Origin: Gammaproteobacteria bacterium
GTDB taxonomy: Bacteria > Pseudomonadota > Gammaproteobacteria > Steroidobacterales > PWYM01
Assembly: GCA_003567475.1 (NCBI GenBank)
Contig: PWZL01000048.1
Span: 1,518 to 65,517 of the forward strand
Length of the DNA: 64,000 nucleotides
Direction: 5' to 3'
The notes under the pieces are model-generated. The model saw only the letters and a list, made by a program, of their open reading frames with translations, did not search any database and had not been told where the DNA came from. This document shows positions 9,553-18,500 of this stretch, in pieces. A program made the translations under genes and the position numbers. How positions within the stretch are numbered: the first letter of the stretch is position 1; each line of letters begins with the position of its first letter.

Positions 9553-10448
9553 AGCTGTCCCCGGACGGCGGGCACGCGCGGCGACTCGCCGGGCTGCTGC
9601 ACGCCGCCGGGGTCGACGGTGATTTCACCGTCCTGGCCCGGCTCGGCAGCGGTCAGCACCACCTGACCTTCAAGCTGTCGACGGTGCAGGGCCTGCTGGT
9701 GGCGAGGCTGCCGGGCGCGGTCTGCCCGCCTCCCGGCCGGATCGCCGCCGCGACGGCGGTGCAGCGGGCAGCGGAGATCGCGGGGCTCGCCCCGCCGCAG
9801 TTGTGGTGCGATCCGGTCAGCGGTGCCTCGCTCAGCCGCTGGCTCGAGGGCGAGCCGTTGGCGCCCGAGGACCTGTGCCGTCCGGCGGTGGCTGGCGAGG
9901 TGGGGGCGCTGATCGCCAGGCTCCAGAGCCTGCCAATCGACGCGCCTGCGCCTGATCCGGGGGTGGCCGCGCGCGACTACGCGGCACGGCTGCGGTTCGG
10001 GCAGACCGCCGATACCGCTGGCCCGACCCGCGACCGCCGGCTGGCGCGTCTCGTTCGCCTGGCGGAGGCCTGTCGGCCGGCGGCGGGCGAGGCGCGACCG
10101 GCGCATGGTGATCTCGTCGCCGGCAACCTGCTTCGCACGTCGAGAGGGCTGGGTGTGCTGGACTGGGAATACGCCGGTCTCGCTCATCCATGGTGGGATC
10201 CGGCCAGCGTGGTCGCCTTGCATGGTCTCCCGACGCCGGCGACGCGCAGTTTGCTCGCGGCAGCCGGGCTGGACGCGGCAGCGGCGGAGTCGCCTGAGTT
10301 TGCCCGCATGGCGGAGCTGGTGGTGCTGCTGGCGTGGGCCTGGGCGGCGGCCGAGGCCGCGGCGCGGCCCGGAGATCCGCGCCCTCGGACCTGGCTTGGC
10401 GCCCTGGAAGCCAGACTGGCGGCACACGGGCACGGTCCGACGAGCTGA
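9549..10448 (+). CDS. APH/choline-kinase-fold phosphotransferase, putative thiamine kinase
   Basis: A glycine-rich loop (LGSGQHH) is followed by the catalytic HGDLVAGNLL and VLDWEYAG motifs of the aminoglycoside/choline kinase fold that E. coli ThiK also has. The TTG start at 9549 overlaps the pnuT stop (TTGA). The track ORF starting at 8985 is an out-of-frame read-through of pnuT. Both function and start are inferred. Confidence 0.65.
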   Translation: MKLSPDGGHARRLAGLLHAAGVDGDFTVLARLGSGQHHLTFKLSTVQGLLVARLPGAVCPPPGRIAAATAVQRAAEIAGLAPPQLWCDPVSGASLSRWLEGEPLAPEDLCRPAVAGEVGALIARLQSLPIDAPAPDPGVAARDYAARLRFGQTADTAGPTRDRRLARLVRLAEACRPAAGEARPAHGDLVAGNLLRTSRGLGVLDWEYAGLAHPWWDPASVVALHGLPTPATRSLLAAAGLDAAAAESPEFARMAELVVLLAWAWAAAEAAARPGDPRPRTWLGALEARLAAHGHGPTS

Positions 10449-10495
10449 CCGGCCGCTGCTATCATGGCGGCCGGACTTGTCGCAGGGACTGCGTG

Positions 10496-11242
10496 ATGTC
10501 TGCCTCCATGTCGACCGCCGTGCCGCCACGGTTCTCGATCATCGTGCCCGCCTGGAATGAGGCGGGTTGGCTGCCGGACACCCTGGCTCATCTGCAGGCC
10601 GCCTGCCAGGGTCTCGCCGGCGCCTGGGAACTGGTGGTCGTTGACAATGCCTCTGACGATGACACCGCGGCGCTGGCCGCGGCCGGCGGGGCGCGCGTGG
10701 TCTACGAGGCCGAACCGGGCATCGCGCGGGCCCGTAACGCCGGCGCCGCGGCTGCGCGGGGCCAGTGGCTGCTGTTCGTCGATGCCGACACCCGGCCGCC
10801 CGCGGCACTGGTGGCCCGAACAGAAGCCGCGCTGGCCGACGGCGTGCTCTGCGGGGGCGGGGCGGTGCTCGCTTTCGACGGACTGTGCACGCCTCTCTAC
10901 CGGCTGGGTACCCGCCTGTGGAACCGCCTGTCACGTGCCTCCGGGCTCGCGGCGGGCTGCTACCTGTTCGTTACGCGTGAGGCTTTCGAGGCGGTCGGGG
11001 GCTTCAATGCCCGGCTGTACGCGGGCGAGGAGGTGTTTCTCTCGCGGCGCCTGCGGCGCTGGGCACGGGCGCACGGTCAGCGTTTCGAGGTGCTCGACGG
11101 CCCGCCGGTGCTGACCTCGGGCCGCAAGGCCGAGTGGTTCTCACCCTGGCAGCATGCGCTCGTCATGCTCACGCTGCTGTTGTTCCCGCTGGCCCTGCGC
11201 TCGCGGCGTCTCAGCTGGTTCTGGTACCGGCGCCCGAAGTGA
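10496..11242 (+). CDS. Family 2 glycosyltransferase
   Basis: FSIIVPAWNEAGWLPDTLAHL...VVVDNASDDDT...LLFVDADT matches the GT-A / GT2 signature, including the DxD motif. I chose the ATG at 10496. The upstream part of the track ORF is Arg/Gly-rich junk. Confidence 0.8.
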   Translation: MSASMSTAVPPRFSIIVPAWNEAGWLPDTLAHLQAACQGLAGAWELVVVDNASDDDTAALAAAGGARVVYEAEPGIARARNAGAAAARGQWLLFVDADTRPPAALVARTEAALADGVLCGGGAVLAFDGLCTPLYRLGTRLWNRLSRASGLAAGCYLFVTREAFEAVGGFNARLYAGEEVFLSRRLRRWARAHGQRFEVLDGPPVLTSGRKAEWFSPWQHALVMLTLLLFPLALRSRRLSWFWYRRPK

Positions 11243-11428
11243 GTCCGGGCGCGGGTCGGCGTCGCGCGACCCCAGTGTGTTGTCAAATTACCACAGCAAG
11301 TCCGGCCCGAGACTGGATTTGCTGGCGCACTTTGTGTCTTAATCGCGTCGGCTGCGATCCGCATAGCATCGGGGGGTGTGCGGCGTTGTCATGGTGCAAC
11401 AACCAGATATCCGGGAGGAGACTCGCAC

Positions 11429-13792
11429 ATGATCAGGAATCGTTTGATCGCCGCCAGCGTGGCGGCGGCATTTGCCGGGACAGGGCTCACACTGTCGTCG
11501 TCCGCCGGCGCCCAGGGGCTCGAGGAAATCGTCGTTACCGCGCGCAAGGTCGAGGAGACCCTGCAGGATGCGCCGGTCAGTGTCTCGGCGTTCAGCGAGC
11601 TGGCGATCCAGAATCTCAATATTCTCAGTGTCGATGACATCGCACGTTTCACCCCGGGCCTGAGCACCAGTGCCTATGTGGGTCGCCGTGGCGATCGGCC
11701 CGTGATCCGTGGCCAGTCCAACGTGCTGGCCGGCGTGCAGTTTGGCGTGGAGTCCGGCACCGCCTATTTCGTGGACGGGGTCTACTGGCCGGGCAGCATC
11801 GCCTCCCTGGACATGAACAGCATCTCGCGGGTGGAGGTGATCAAGGGGCCGCAGAGCGCGCTCTATGGCCGGAATACTTACGCCGGTGCGATCAACTTTG
11901 TCAGCCGGGATCCGTCCAACGAGTTCGAGGGCCGTGCCAGTGCGACCGCCGGCCGTCACGACGAGTACGAGGCCACCCTCTCGCTGAGTGCGCCGCTCAT
12001 CGAGGATCAGCTGTTCTTCAGTGTCAACGGCCGGCTCTTCGAGTACGGCGGCGAGTACTTCAACCAGGCTTCGGGCGAGAAGGTCGGCCAGGAGCGGACC
12101 AAGGCGATTTCGGCCGTATTGACCTGGCAGCCGAACGATGGCGTGCAGGTGCGCCTGCGCTCGGCCTTTGGCAAGGACCGGGATGGCTTCACCCCGATCT
12201 TCCTGTGGAATTCCGACCAGAACAATTGCGCGCCGGGTTTCCGGTCTAACTTTTATTATCGCGATTGGGCGGCGCTGCTCACGGGTCAGGGTCTGCAGTA
12301 CGGCACCAATGAGAACCAGTACTTCTGCGGCACCATTCCGTCGCGTCCGGACCTGATCGACCTGGACCCCAACCAGGTCCCGCTGGTGGGCTTTCAGCGC
12401 TACCAGTGGCTGAATTCGCTGGCCATGGACATCGACCTCGGCGACAGCGGTTACACGCTGACCGCCCAGGGGGCCTACCGCACCGAGCGGGATCGCTACG
12501 GCTTTGACAGCGACTTCCAGAGTGCGCCGATCAACATCATCACCACCCAGCAGAAGAACCTGGTCGATGACTATTCGGTTGAGCTGCGACTGGCCTCGCC
12601 GCAGGACGAGCGTCTGCGATGGCTGGCTGGTGTCTTCCTCTACGATCAGGATAACGACGAAATCCGGATCACCGCCGCCAATCCGTCCGGGGTCGGCCTC
12701 ACGCCAGAGATCATCACCGGCGTGCGTAACCAGGCCCTGTTCGGCCTGGTCGAGTACGATTTCGCTGACGGCATCAGCGGTACGCTTGAAGCCCGTTATG
12801 CCGAGGAGCGCAAGGACCGGATCGATCCCGGGTTCACGGGTGAGCGGACCTTCTACTCGTTCACGCCGCGCGCGACCCTGGCTTGGGAGCTCAATCCAGA
12901 CCTCAACCTCTACGGCATCATTGCCCGCGGCAACAAGCCAGGGGGCTTGAACGGTGCCCAGGGCGCCCCATCCGGACGGACGACCTACGAGGAAGAAACC
13001 TCGACCAATTTCGAGTTCGGCGCGAAGACCGTGTGGCTCGACGGACGTATGACCGCCAATGCTGCGGTGTATTACACCCGCGCCAAGGATGTGCAGCTGA
13101 CCACCGCCGTGGGCTCGCCTGATGGCAGCAGCACGACCTCCATTGCCACCAACCAGGGCTCGGCGGAGATCTGGGGGCTGGAGCTCGAGGTGCAGGCGGC
13201 GCTCACCGACAACCTCATCGTCGGCGCCTCCTACGGCTGGAGTCGGCCGCGCTTTACCGAGGGCTGCGACGACTTCGAATACACGCTGAATTCGGGCGGT
13301 TTCCTGATCCCGCCGCTCGACCAGCTGACGCCGGAGCAGCGCGCACTCTGCTCGATCAAGGGTAACCGCCTGCCGCTGAGCTCGGAGCACCAGGCCACCC
13401 TCAACGCCCGCTTCACCCAGGAGCTCGGCCGGGGCTTCGAGTGGTTCGTCAGCGGCGACCTGACCTACGAGTCGAGCAAGTTCGTGCAGGTGCACAACCG
13501 GGCCCGTGTCGGCGCGGCCACGCTGCTGGGCATGCAGCTGGGGATCGAGAGCGACACGCTGCGCATCTCGATCTACGGGCGCAACCTGCTCGATGAGGAC
13601 TCGGCAGTCAACGCCACCCGCTGGGGTGATCTCCGCTACAACGGTATTCCAGTGCCGCCGGGGATCTTCAACCGGGCGCCGGCGGAGGTCGATGGCCAGG
13701 CGGTCGACCGTGGTTTCCTGGGTCCGCGGGCGTTCTTCACCACACTGCGGCGCGGCCCGAGCTACGGCATCCAGGCGACCTGGCGCTTCTGA
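11429..13792 (+). CDS. TonB-dependent outer-membrane receptor
   Basis: The ATG at 11429 is preceded by GGGAGGAG. The signal peptide is MIRNRLIAASVAAAFAGTGLTLSSSAGAQG. The plug reads LEEIVVTARKVEETLQDAPVSVSAF, with VEVIKGPQSALYGRNTYAGAINF and a terminal ...QATWRF. Confidence 0.9.
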   Translation: MIRNRLIAASVAAAFAGTGLTLSSSAGAQGLEEIVVTARKVEETLQDAPVSVSAFSELAIQNLNILSVDDIARFTPGLSTSAYVGRRGDRPVIRGQSNVLAGVQFGVESGTAYFVDGVYWPGSIASLDMNSISRVEVIKGPQSALYGRNTYAGAINFVSRDPSNEFEGRASATAGRHDEYEATLSLSAPLIEDQLFFSVNGRLFEYGGEYFNQASGEKVGQERTKAISAVLTWQPNDGVQVRLRSAFGKDRDGFTPIFLWNSDQNNCAPGFRSNFYYRDWAALLTGQGLQYGTNENQYFCGTIPSRPDLIDLDPNQVPLVGFQRYQWLNSLAMDIDLGDSGYTLTAQGAYRTERDRYGFDSDFQSAPINIITTQQKNLVDDYSVELRLASPQDERLRWLAGVFLYDQDNDEIRITAANPSGVGLTPEIITGVRNQALFGLVEYDFADGISGTLEARYAEERKDRIDPGFTGERTFYSFTPRATLAWELNPDLNLYGIIARGNKPGGLNGAQGAPSGRTTYEEETSTNFEFGAKTVWLDGRMTANAAVYYTRAKDVQLTTAVGSPDGSSTTSIATNQGSAEIWGLELEVQAALTDNLIVGASYGWSRPRFTEGCDDFEYTLNSGGFLIPPLDQLTPEQRALCSIKGNRLPLSSEHQATLNARFTQELGRGFEWFVSGDLTYESSKFVQVHNRARVGAATLLGMQLGIESDTLRISIYGRNLLDEDSAVNATRWGDLRYNGIPVPPGIFNRAPAEVDGQAVDRGFLGPRAFFTTLRRGPSYGIQATWRF

Positions 13793-13821
13793 GCGTTCGG
13801 CACTGCCGCCGGCGGTGACGG

Positions 13822-13854
13822 GGCCGGGCATCCACCAGGATGCCCGGCCTTTTT
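13822..13854 (+). terminator. Rho-independent terminator
   Basis: A perfect 12-bp GC-rich stem, GGCCGGGCATCC-acca-GGATGCCCGGCC, is followed by TTTTT, 30 nt after the TonB-receptor stop. It sits between convergent genes. Confidence 0.8.
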
Positions 13855-13887
13855 CATGGCGCGCCGCCGCCCGCCAACCCCGGCTGC

Positions 13888-15201
13888 CTAGGCGCCGCCG
13901 GCAAAAAACCGCCAGCCGTCGCCGCGGCGCAGCGGCTGGGCGAAACCCGCCTCGAGTTCGAAATTCACGAACCACGAGAAGCGCAGCCTGAGCCCCACAC
14001 CGATGCTGGCATGAATGCCGCCGCCCGTGCGGGCGTTGGGATCGACGCTGCCCCCGGCGAAGCCGGCCTCCGCCACCACCAGCAAGCGCAGCCAGTTCGG
14101 CCCCAGCGGCCGCAGATATTCCGCCGCCAGGTACCCGTATCGCTGGCCTTCGAGGTAGTCGTTGGAATACCCCCGCAGCGTGCCGGAGCCGCCGAGGTCA
14201 TGGACGTTCTTCCTGCCGGGGCCGCCGGCGTACCAGCCGCCGCGGGCAATCAGATACAGGCTGTGATGTTCCCCCTGCGGCAGGGCCAGATACTCTTGGT
14301 AGCCCAGATCGATACGCCGGTAGCCGTAATCCGAGCCCCAGCCGCGCTCGGCGATCTCGGCGCTCAGGCTGGCGCGGCGACCGGTCTCGCTGTAGAGCTG
14401 AAATCGCCGATTGTCATGGCGCGCACCGACCAGCAGGGCGGTGGCGTGGCCGTCCGGGGCCGGGGCGGCGTCGCCCGCGACGCGTTGGTCCTCGTAGGCC
14501 AGCCCCGCATGGGCGAGCCAGCCCCGCCGGGGTCGCGTGTCGCGGAGATCACGGGTGACGCGCAGTTCTGCCCGGTGCAGGGTTTCGTCGAACAGTTCAT
14601 CGCTGCCGCTGAGCCGCGCACGACGCTCGGTGCGCTCCACCTGTCCGGCCAGCCCCCAGTCGCCGACAAGCAGGGGGGCTTCATAGGCGATCCGCCCGCG
14701 CTGCTCCCGGTCGCGCAGGCGATCGGCAGGATAGCGTCCATCCGCGACAAATGCGTTCAACGTATGGTTCTCGCCGAAAGCGTTGTTCCAGCGCAGCTGC
14801 AATCCGAAGCTCCGGTCGCGGTCGGAGCTGGCATCGATGCGGGGCACTGGCAGCAGGAAGCGTTTCTCGCGCACCTCGACGTCAAGGGTCACGCCGGCGT
14901 CCACGTCGTCCAGGTCGATGGGTCGCGGGGTGATTTCGACCTGCCGGAACAGGCCGAGATCGTAGATGCCCTGTCGGCTGCGCTGAATCTCTTCAGGGTC
15001 TGCCGGTTCGCCGATGGCCAATGCCATCTCACGCAGCATGACGCGTTCGCGAGTCACCACGTTGCCGCTGAACTCGATCGCCACCACCGGCGGTGCCGCG
15101 GGTGCGGCGATGGCCAGTGCGGGGGGGGTCAACGCTACGGCACCGGCCACGGCGCCGGCTGCGAGGCTGGTGAGTCCCGGTCGGCCGTGCAGACGGTTCA
15201 C
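13888..15201 (-). CDS. Omp85 (BamA/TamA) family outer-membrane protein with a single POTRA-like domain
   Basis: 437 aa with a signal peptide (…AVALTPPALAIAAPA). A POTRA-like segment reads VVAIEFSGNVVTRERVMLREMALAIGEPADPEEIQRSRQGIYDLGLFRQVEI. The C-terminal beta-barrel has alternating aromatic/glycine strands (LGGSGTLRGY...GVGLRLRF...). The GTG start overlaps the upstream gene's stop. Confidence 0.75.
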   Translation of the reverse strand: MNRLHGRPGLTSLAAGAVAGAVALTPPALAIAAPAAPPVVAIEFSGNVVTRERVMLREMALAIGEPADPEEIQRSRQGIYDLGLFRQVEITPRPIDLDDVDAGVTLDVEVREKRFLLPVPRIDASSDRDRSFGLQLRWNNAFGENHTLNAFVADGRYPADRLRDREQRGRIAYEAPLLVGDWGLAGQVERTERRARLSGSDELFDETLHRAELRVTRDLRDTRPRRGWLAHAGLAYEDQRVAGDAAPAPDGHATALLVGARHDNRRFQLYSETGRRASLSAEIAERGWGSDYGYRRIDLGYQEYLALPQGEHHSLYLIARGGWYAGGPGRKNVHDLGGSGTLRGYSNDYLEGQRYGYLAAEYLRPLGPNWLRLLVVAEAGFAGGSVDPNARTGGGIHASIGVGLRLRFSWFVNFELEAGFAQPLRRGDGWRFFAGGA

Positions 15202-16349
15202 GCGCTGCTGGCGGCGTCAGTGGAGGCCAGCGTCGCCAGGGCATGCTCCAGGCGCGCCAGGGTGCGCTCCGGATGCTGCAGCTTGTCCAGGCCGAACAGG
15301 CCGATCCGGAAGCTCCGGTAGTCTGCCGGCTCATCGCACATCAGGGGAACGCCTGCGGCAATCTGCAGGCCCAGCCCGGCAAAGGCCCGACCGGTGGACA
15401 GGGCCTCATCACGGGTGTGACAGACGATCACCCCGGGCGCCTCGAAGCCCTCTGCCGCGACGCTGGCATGGCCATACTGCGCCAGCAGGCCGCGCGCCGC
15501 GCGGCCAAGGGTCACCAGCCGTTCGCGCGCGAGCTCGAGCCCGAAGCGCCGGGTCTCGTGCATCGCATCACGAAACATCCGCAGCGCATCCGTCGGCAAG
15601 GTCGCGTGGTAGGCATGGCCACCGTCTTCATACGCGCGCATGATGGCCAGCCAGCGCCCGAGATCACAGGCGAAACTGCTGCTGCGAGTCTCGGCCAGGC
15701 GGGTCAGGGCACGGTCACCCAGCATCACCAGGCCGGCGCAGGGCGACGCGCTCCAGCCCTTCTGCGGGGCGCTGATCAGCACATCGACCCCCAGGGTCCG
15801 CATGTCCACCCACAGGGTGCCGGAGGCCACGCAGTCGAGGACCAGCAGACCGCCCGCCGCGTGCGTGGCTTCGGCCAGCGCCTGGATGTAATCGTCAGGC
15901 AGCAGGATGCCCGCGGAGGTCTCGACATGCGGTGCAAAGACCACGTCGGGCCGATGACTGCGGATGTGGGCGACCGCCTCGTCCAGTGGTGCCGGTGCCA
16001 ATGCGGCATCCGTCGCATGCCCCTGACGACGGGCTTTGAGCACCTCGCAGTCGGCGGGGATGCCACCGGCCTCCAGGATCTGGGTCCAGCGGTAGCTGAA
16101 CCAGCCGTTGCGGATCACCAGGCAGCGGGCGTTGCCGGCGAACTGCCGGGCCACGGCCTCCATGGCAAACGTGCCCCCGCCAGGAATCACGGCCACGCCG
16201 TCGGCCTGGTAGACCTCGCGGAGTCCGGCAGAGATCTCCCGCATGACCGTCTGGAAGGCGGCTGACATGTGGTTCAGTGAGCGTTCGGTGAACACCACCG
16301 AGTACTCGAGCAGGCCATCGGGATCAACGGGGGAAGGCTGTTCGGACAC
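15198..16349 (-). CDS. Class V (AGXT/PhnW-like) pyridoxal-phosphate aminotransferase
   Basis: 383 aa. GGGTFAMEAV, HVETSAGILLP, VLDCVASG and the lysine motif SAPQKGW are typical of the alanine-glyoxylate / serine-pyruvate aminotransferase family. Confidence 0.8.
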   Translation of the reverse strand: MSEQPSPVDPDGLLEYSVVFTERSLNHMSAAFQTVMREISAGLREVYQADGVAVIPGGGTFAMEAVARQFAGNARCLVIRNGWFSYRWTQILEAGGIPADCEVLKARRQGHATDAALAPAPLDEAVAHIRSHRPDVVFAPHVETSAGILLPDDYIQALAEATHAAGGLLVLDCVASGTLWVDMRTLGVDVLISAPQKGWSASPCAGLVMLGDRALTRLAETRSSSFACDLGRWLAIMRAYEDGGHAYHATLPTDALRMFRDAMHETRRFGLELARERLVTLGRAARGLLAQYGHASVAAEGFEAPGVIVCHTRDEALSTGRAFAGLGLQIAAGVPLMCDEPADYRSFRIGLFGLDKLQHPERTLARLEHALATLASTDAASSA

Positions 16350-16517
16350 GCCGCGGATCTCCTCGTTCAGGGCTCACCGCAACGGCAGTCGCGGCCTCTC
16401 GCTGGTTTTATTCTGCGGGAGTGCAAGTGCCCTGTCACCCGCACGGGCGAGACGGCTTGCATCGCGCAGCGGCCGCTTTCATCATCGGGCACCAGACATC
16501 CTCTCAGGGGGCGGCAG

Positions 16518-16835
16518 ATGAACGCTCAGCGCCAGGCCGGGTTCGCCAGCTTCAGCGAGTTCTATCCCTTCTATCTCGCCGAGCACCGTCACCGGACCTC
16601 CAGGCGTCTGCATTTCATCGGGACAGCGCTAGGCCTGCTCGCCGTGGGCTGGTCGGTGCTCAGCCTGAATCCCTGGTGGCTGCTGCTGGTGCCGGTACTG
16701 GGCTACGGGTTCGCCTGGTCCGGCCATTTTTTCTTCGAGAAGAACCGTCCGGCCACCTTCCGCCATCCGCTCTACAGCCTGATCGGCGACTACCGCATGT
16801 TCTGGCAGATGCTGACGGGACGCATCCCGTTCTGA
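16518..16835 (+). CDS. DUF962 (Mpo1/YGL010w-like) small membrane protein
   Basis: 105 aa. FSEFYPFYLAEHRHRTSRRLHFIGT...GYGFAWSGHFFFEKNRPATFRHPLYSLIGDYRMFWQMLTG matches bacterial DUF962 almost along its whole length. Confidence 0.85.
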   Translation: MNAQRQAGFASFSEFYPFYLAEHRHRTSRRLHFIGTALGLLAVGWSVLSLNPWWLLLVPVLGYGFAWSGHFFFEKNRPATFRHPLYSLIGDYRMFWQMLTGRIPF

Positions 16836-16845
16836 TCTGGGGGCG

Positions 16846-17601
16846 TCATATCAGCTGCAGCAGCCGTTCCCGAAACGCGCGTATCCGCGCCGCGTTGGCG
16901 CCGACATCCGAGACCCCGACCCGGGATTTCGAGCGAATGTCGAGGAGGGTCGCGTCGTCCCCCGCCTGGATGCGAATCACGACGTCATCGCGGAAGCCGA
17001 AGTAGCGCGTCGTGTCCGTGGCCTCGATCCGGCCTTCGGTGGGGACTTCGGCGACGATCTCCCAGCCGAGTTCATAGGCCACCTGCAGCGCCGCGGCGAA
17101 TACGGTCTGCGGGGTTGCTTCGAGGCGCAGACTGCGTAGATCGGGATAGGCCTCACGTTGCAGCGCCGCGACTTCGGCGCCCGGATGCTCGGCAGGATTG
17201 TCGGCATCGGCACGCAGGCCGCGCAGGGCGACAAAGGCGGGCGGCTCGTCCGTGTCGGTGGAGATGTCGTGGATCGCCGGCACTCCTTGGGCGGCCAGGA
17301 ACCAGCTGACGAGATTGATGGTGAGCCCGAGTCCGGCGATGCCGGCGATCAGGCTGCCACCGGCGAGCGCGCGGCTGCCGCGGCGCAGGTTCCAGAGCGT
17401 GCCGATCACGCCCATCACGAGCGCAAGCACCGCGCCCAGGGCCGCAACGGTGAACACCAGGAAGGCCGCGTTCAGGGACAGCAGGCCGGTGCGATGGCCT
17501 GGTCCGGCGATGGCGAACAGCACGCCGGTCAGCACCAGCAGAAAGACCGCGGTCCAGCCACAGGTGAGTGCGCCGCGCGAGACGGGGGTTGCAGTCGCCA
17601 T
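16846..17601 (-). CDS. DUF1499 family membrane protein (paralog 1)
   Basis: 251 aa. An N-terminal multi-TM segment is followed by IHDISTDTDEPPAFVAL...YPDL...IEATDTTRYFGFRDDVVIRI...DIRSKSRVGVSDVGANAARIRAF, the DUF1499 signature. Confidence 0.8.
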   Translation of the reverse strand: MATATPVSRGALTCGWTAVFLLVLTGVLFAIAGPGHRTGLLSLNAAFLVFTVAALGAVLALVMGVIGTLWNLRRGSRALAGGSLIAGIAGLGLTINLVSWFLAAQGVPAIHDISTDTDEPPAFVALRGLRADADNPAEHPGAEVAALQREAYPDLRSLRLEATPQTVFAAALQVAYELGWEIVAEVPTEGRIEATDTTRYFGFRDDVVIRIQAGDDATLLDIRSKSRVGVSDVGANAARIRAFRERLLQLI

Positions 17602-17604
17602 GGC

Positions 17605-18390
17605 TCAGTCCTCTCGCGCCGGGACGCGCGTGAGCAGCGCCTCCCTGAAGTCACGGATGCGCCGGGCATTCGTACCCACATCCGACATGCCGACGCGGGA
17701 TTTCGAGCGTACGTCGACAACGCTGCCCTCGCCATCCGGACGGACACGAATCACCACGTCATCCTGGAAGCCGAAATAGCGGGTGGTGTCGGTGGCCTCG
17801 ATCCGGCCCTCGGCAGGCGCCTCGGCCACCAGCGCCCAGCGCATCTGATTCACCACCGCCCGCGCCGCCTCGAACGTCGCATCGCTCGGCGCTGCGATCC
17901 TGATCGGCTCGAGATCAGGGTAGGCCTCGCGCTGACGCACCGCGACCTCTTCGCCGGGGTATTCAGGCGGGTTGGGGGCGCCGGTACGCAGCGGCAGCAC
18001 AGCGACGAACGGCGGCGGGTCCTGGGTGTCGGTGGTAATGTCATGAATCGGCGGGACCGACTGCGCCGTGGTGCGCCAGTTGATGAAATTCACTGTCAAG
18101 GCCGCGCCGACCAGTAGCACCACGAACCCCAGGCCGGCCATGCGCCGGCTGCCGGAGAGCAGGTTCCAGAGCAGCGCGGAGAAACCCAGCACGATACAGG
18201 CCACGCTGCCCCAGAAGGCCATTCGCAGCAGCGTGAACAGCGCCGTGCGTACGCCGATCCATTCGGCGCGGTAGGCCGGCCCGGTATACGCCAGGACCAG
18301 CAGGGTGAAGACCAGCGCCACCAGCGCCAGCCAGCCCAAGGCCAGTGCCCAGCGGGACGGCAGTCGGGGGGGATGCGGGTCGCTGGACAT
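17605..18390 (-). CDS. DUF1499 family membrane protein (paralog 2)
   Basis: I chose the ATG at 18390 (MSSDPHPPRLPSRWALALGWLAL...). It has the same architecture and motifs as paralog 1 (IHDITTDTQDPPPFVAV, IEATDTTRYFGFQDDVVIRV, RSKSRVGMSDVGTNARRIRDF). There is a 3-nt gap to paralog 1. Confidence 0.8.
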   Translation of the reverse strand: MSSDPHPPRLPSRWALALGWLALVALVFTLLVLAYTGPAYRAEWIGVRTALFTLLRMAFWGSVACIVLGFSALLWNLLSGSRRMAGLGFVVLLVGAALTVNFINWRTTAQSVPPIHDITTDTQDPPPFVAVLPLRTGAPNPPEYPGEEVAVRQREAYPDLEPIRIAAPSDATFEAARAVVNQMRWALVAEAPAEGRIEATDTTRYFGFQDDVVIRVRPDGEGSVVDVRSKSRVGMSDVGTNARRIRDFREALLTRVPARED

Positions 18391-18500
18391 CAGAGGGCTC
18401 CGGCAGCGGTGGGTGCGCGTGAGAAGATACCCGGCACTTCGGGCAGGGGCAAATCCGCCGTGGTAAGGGCTACACTGAGGTCGCCGTCGACTGGCTGGGA

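Noticed and set aside
11243-11428. Possible riboswitch (for example cobalamin) or Fur box in the 186-nt leader of the second TonB receptor.
   Set aside because: I could not find the B12-box or other conserved riboswitch cores, nor a GATAATGATAATCATTATC-like Fur box. Only a modest A/T-rich patch is present. A covariance-model scan would be needed to be sure.
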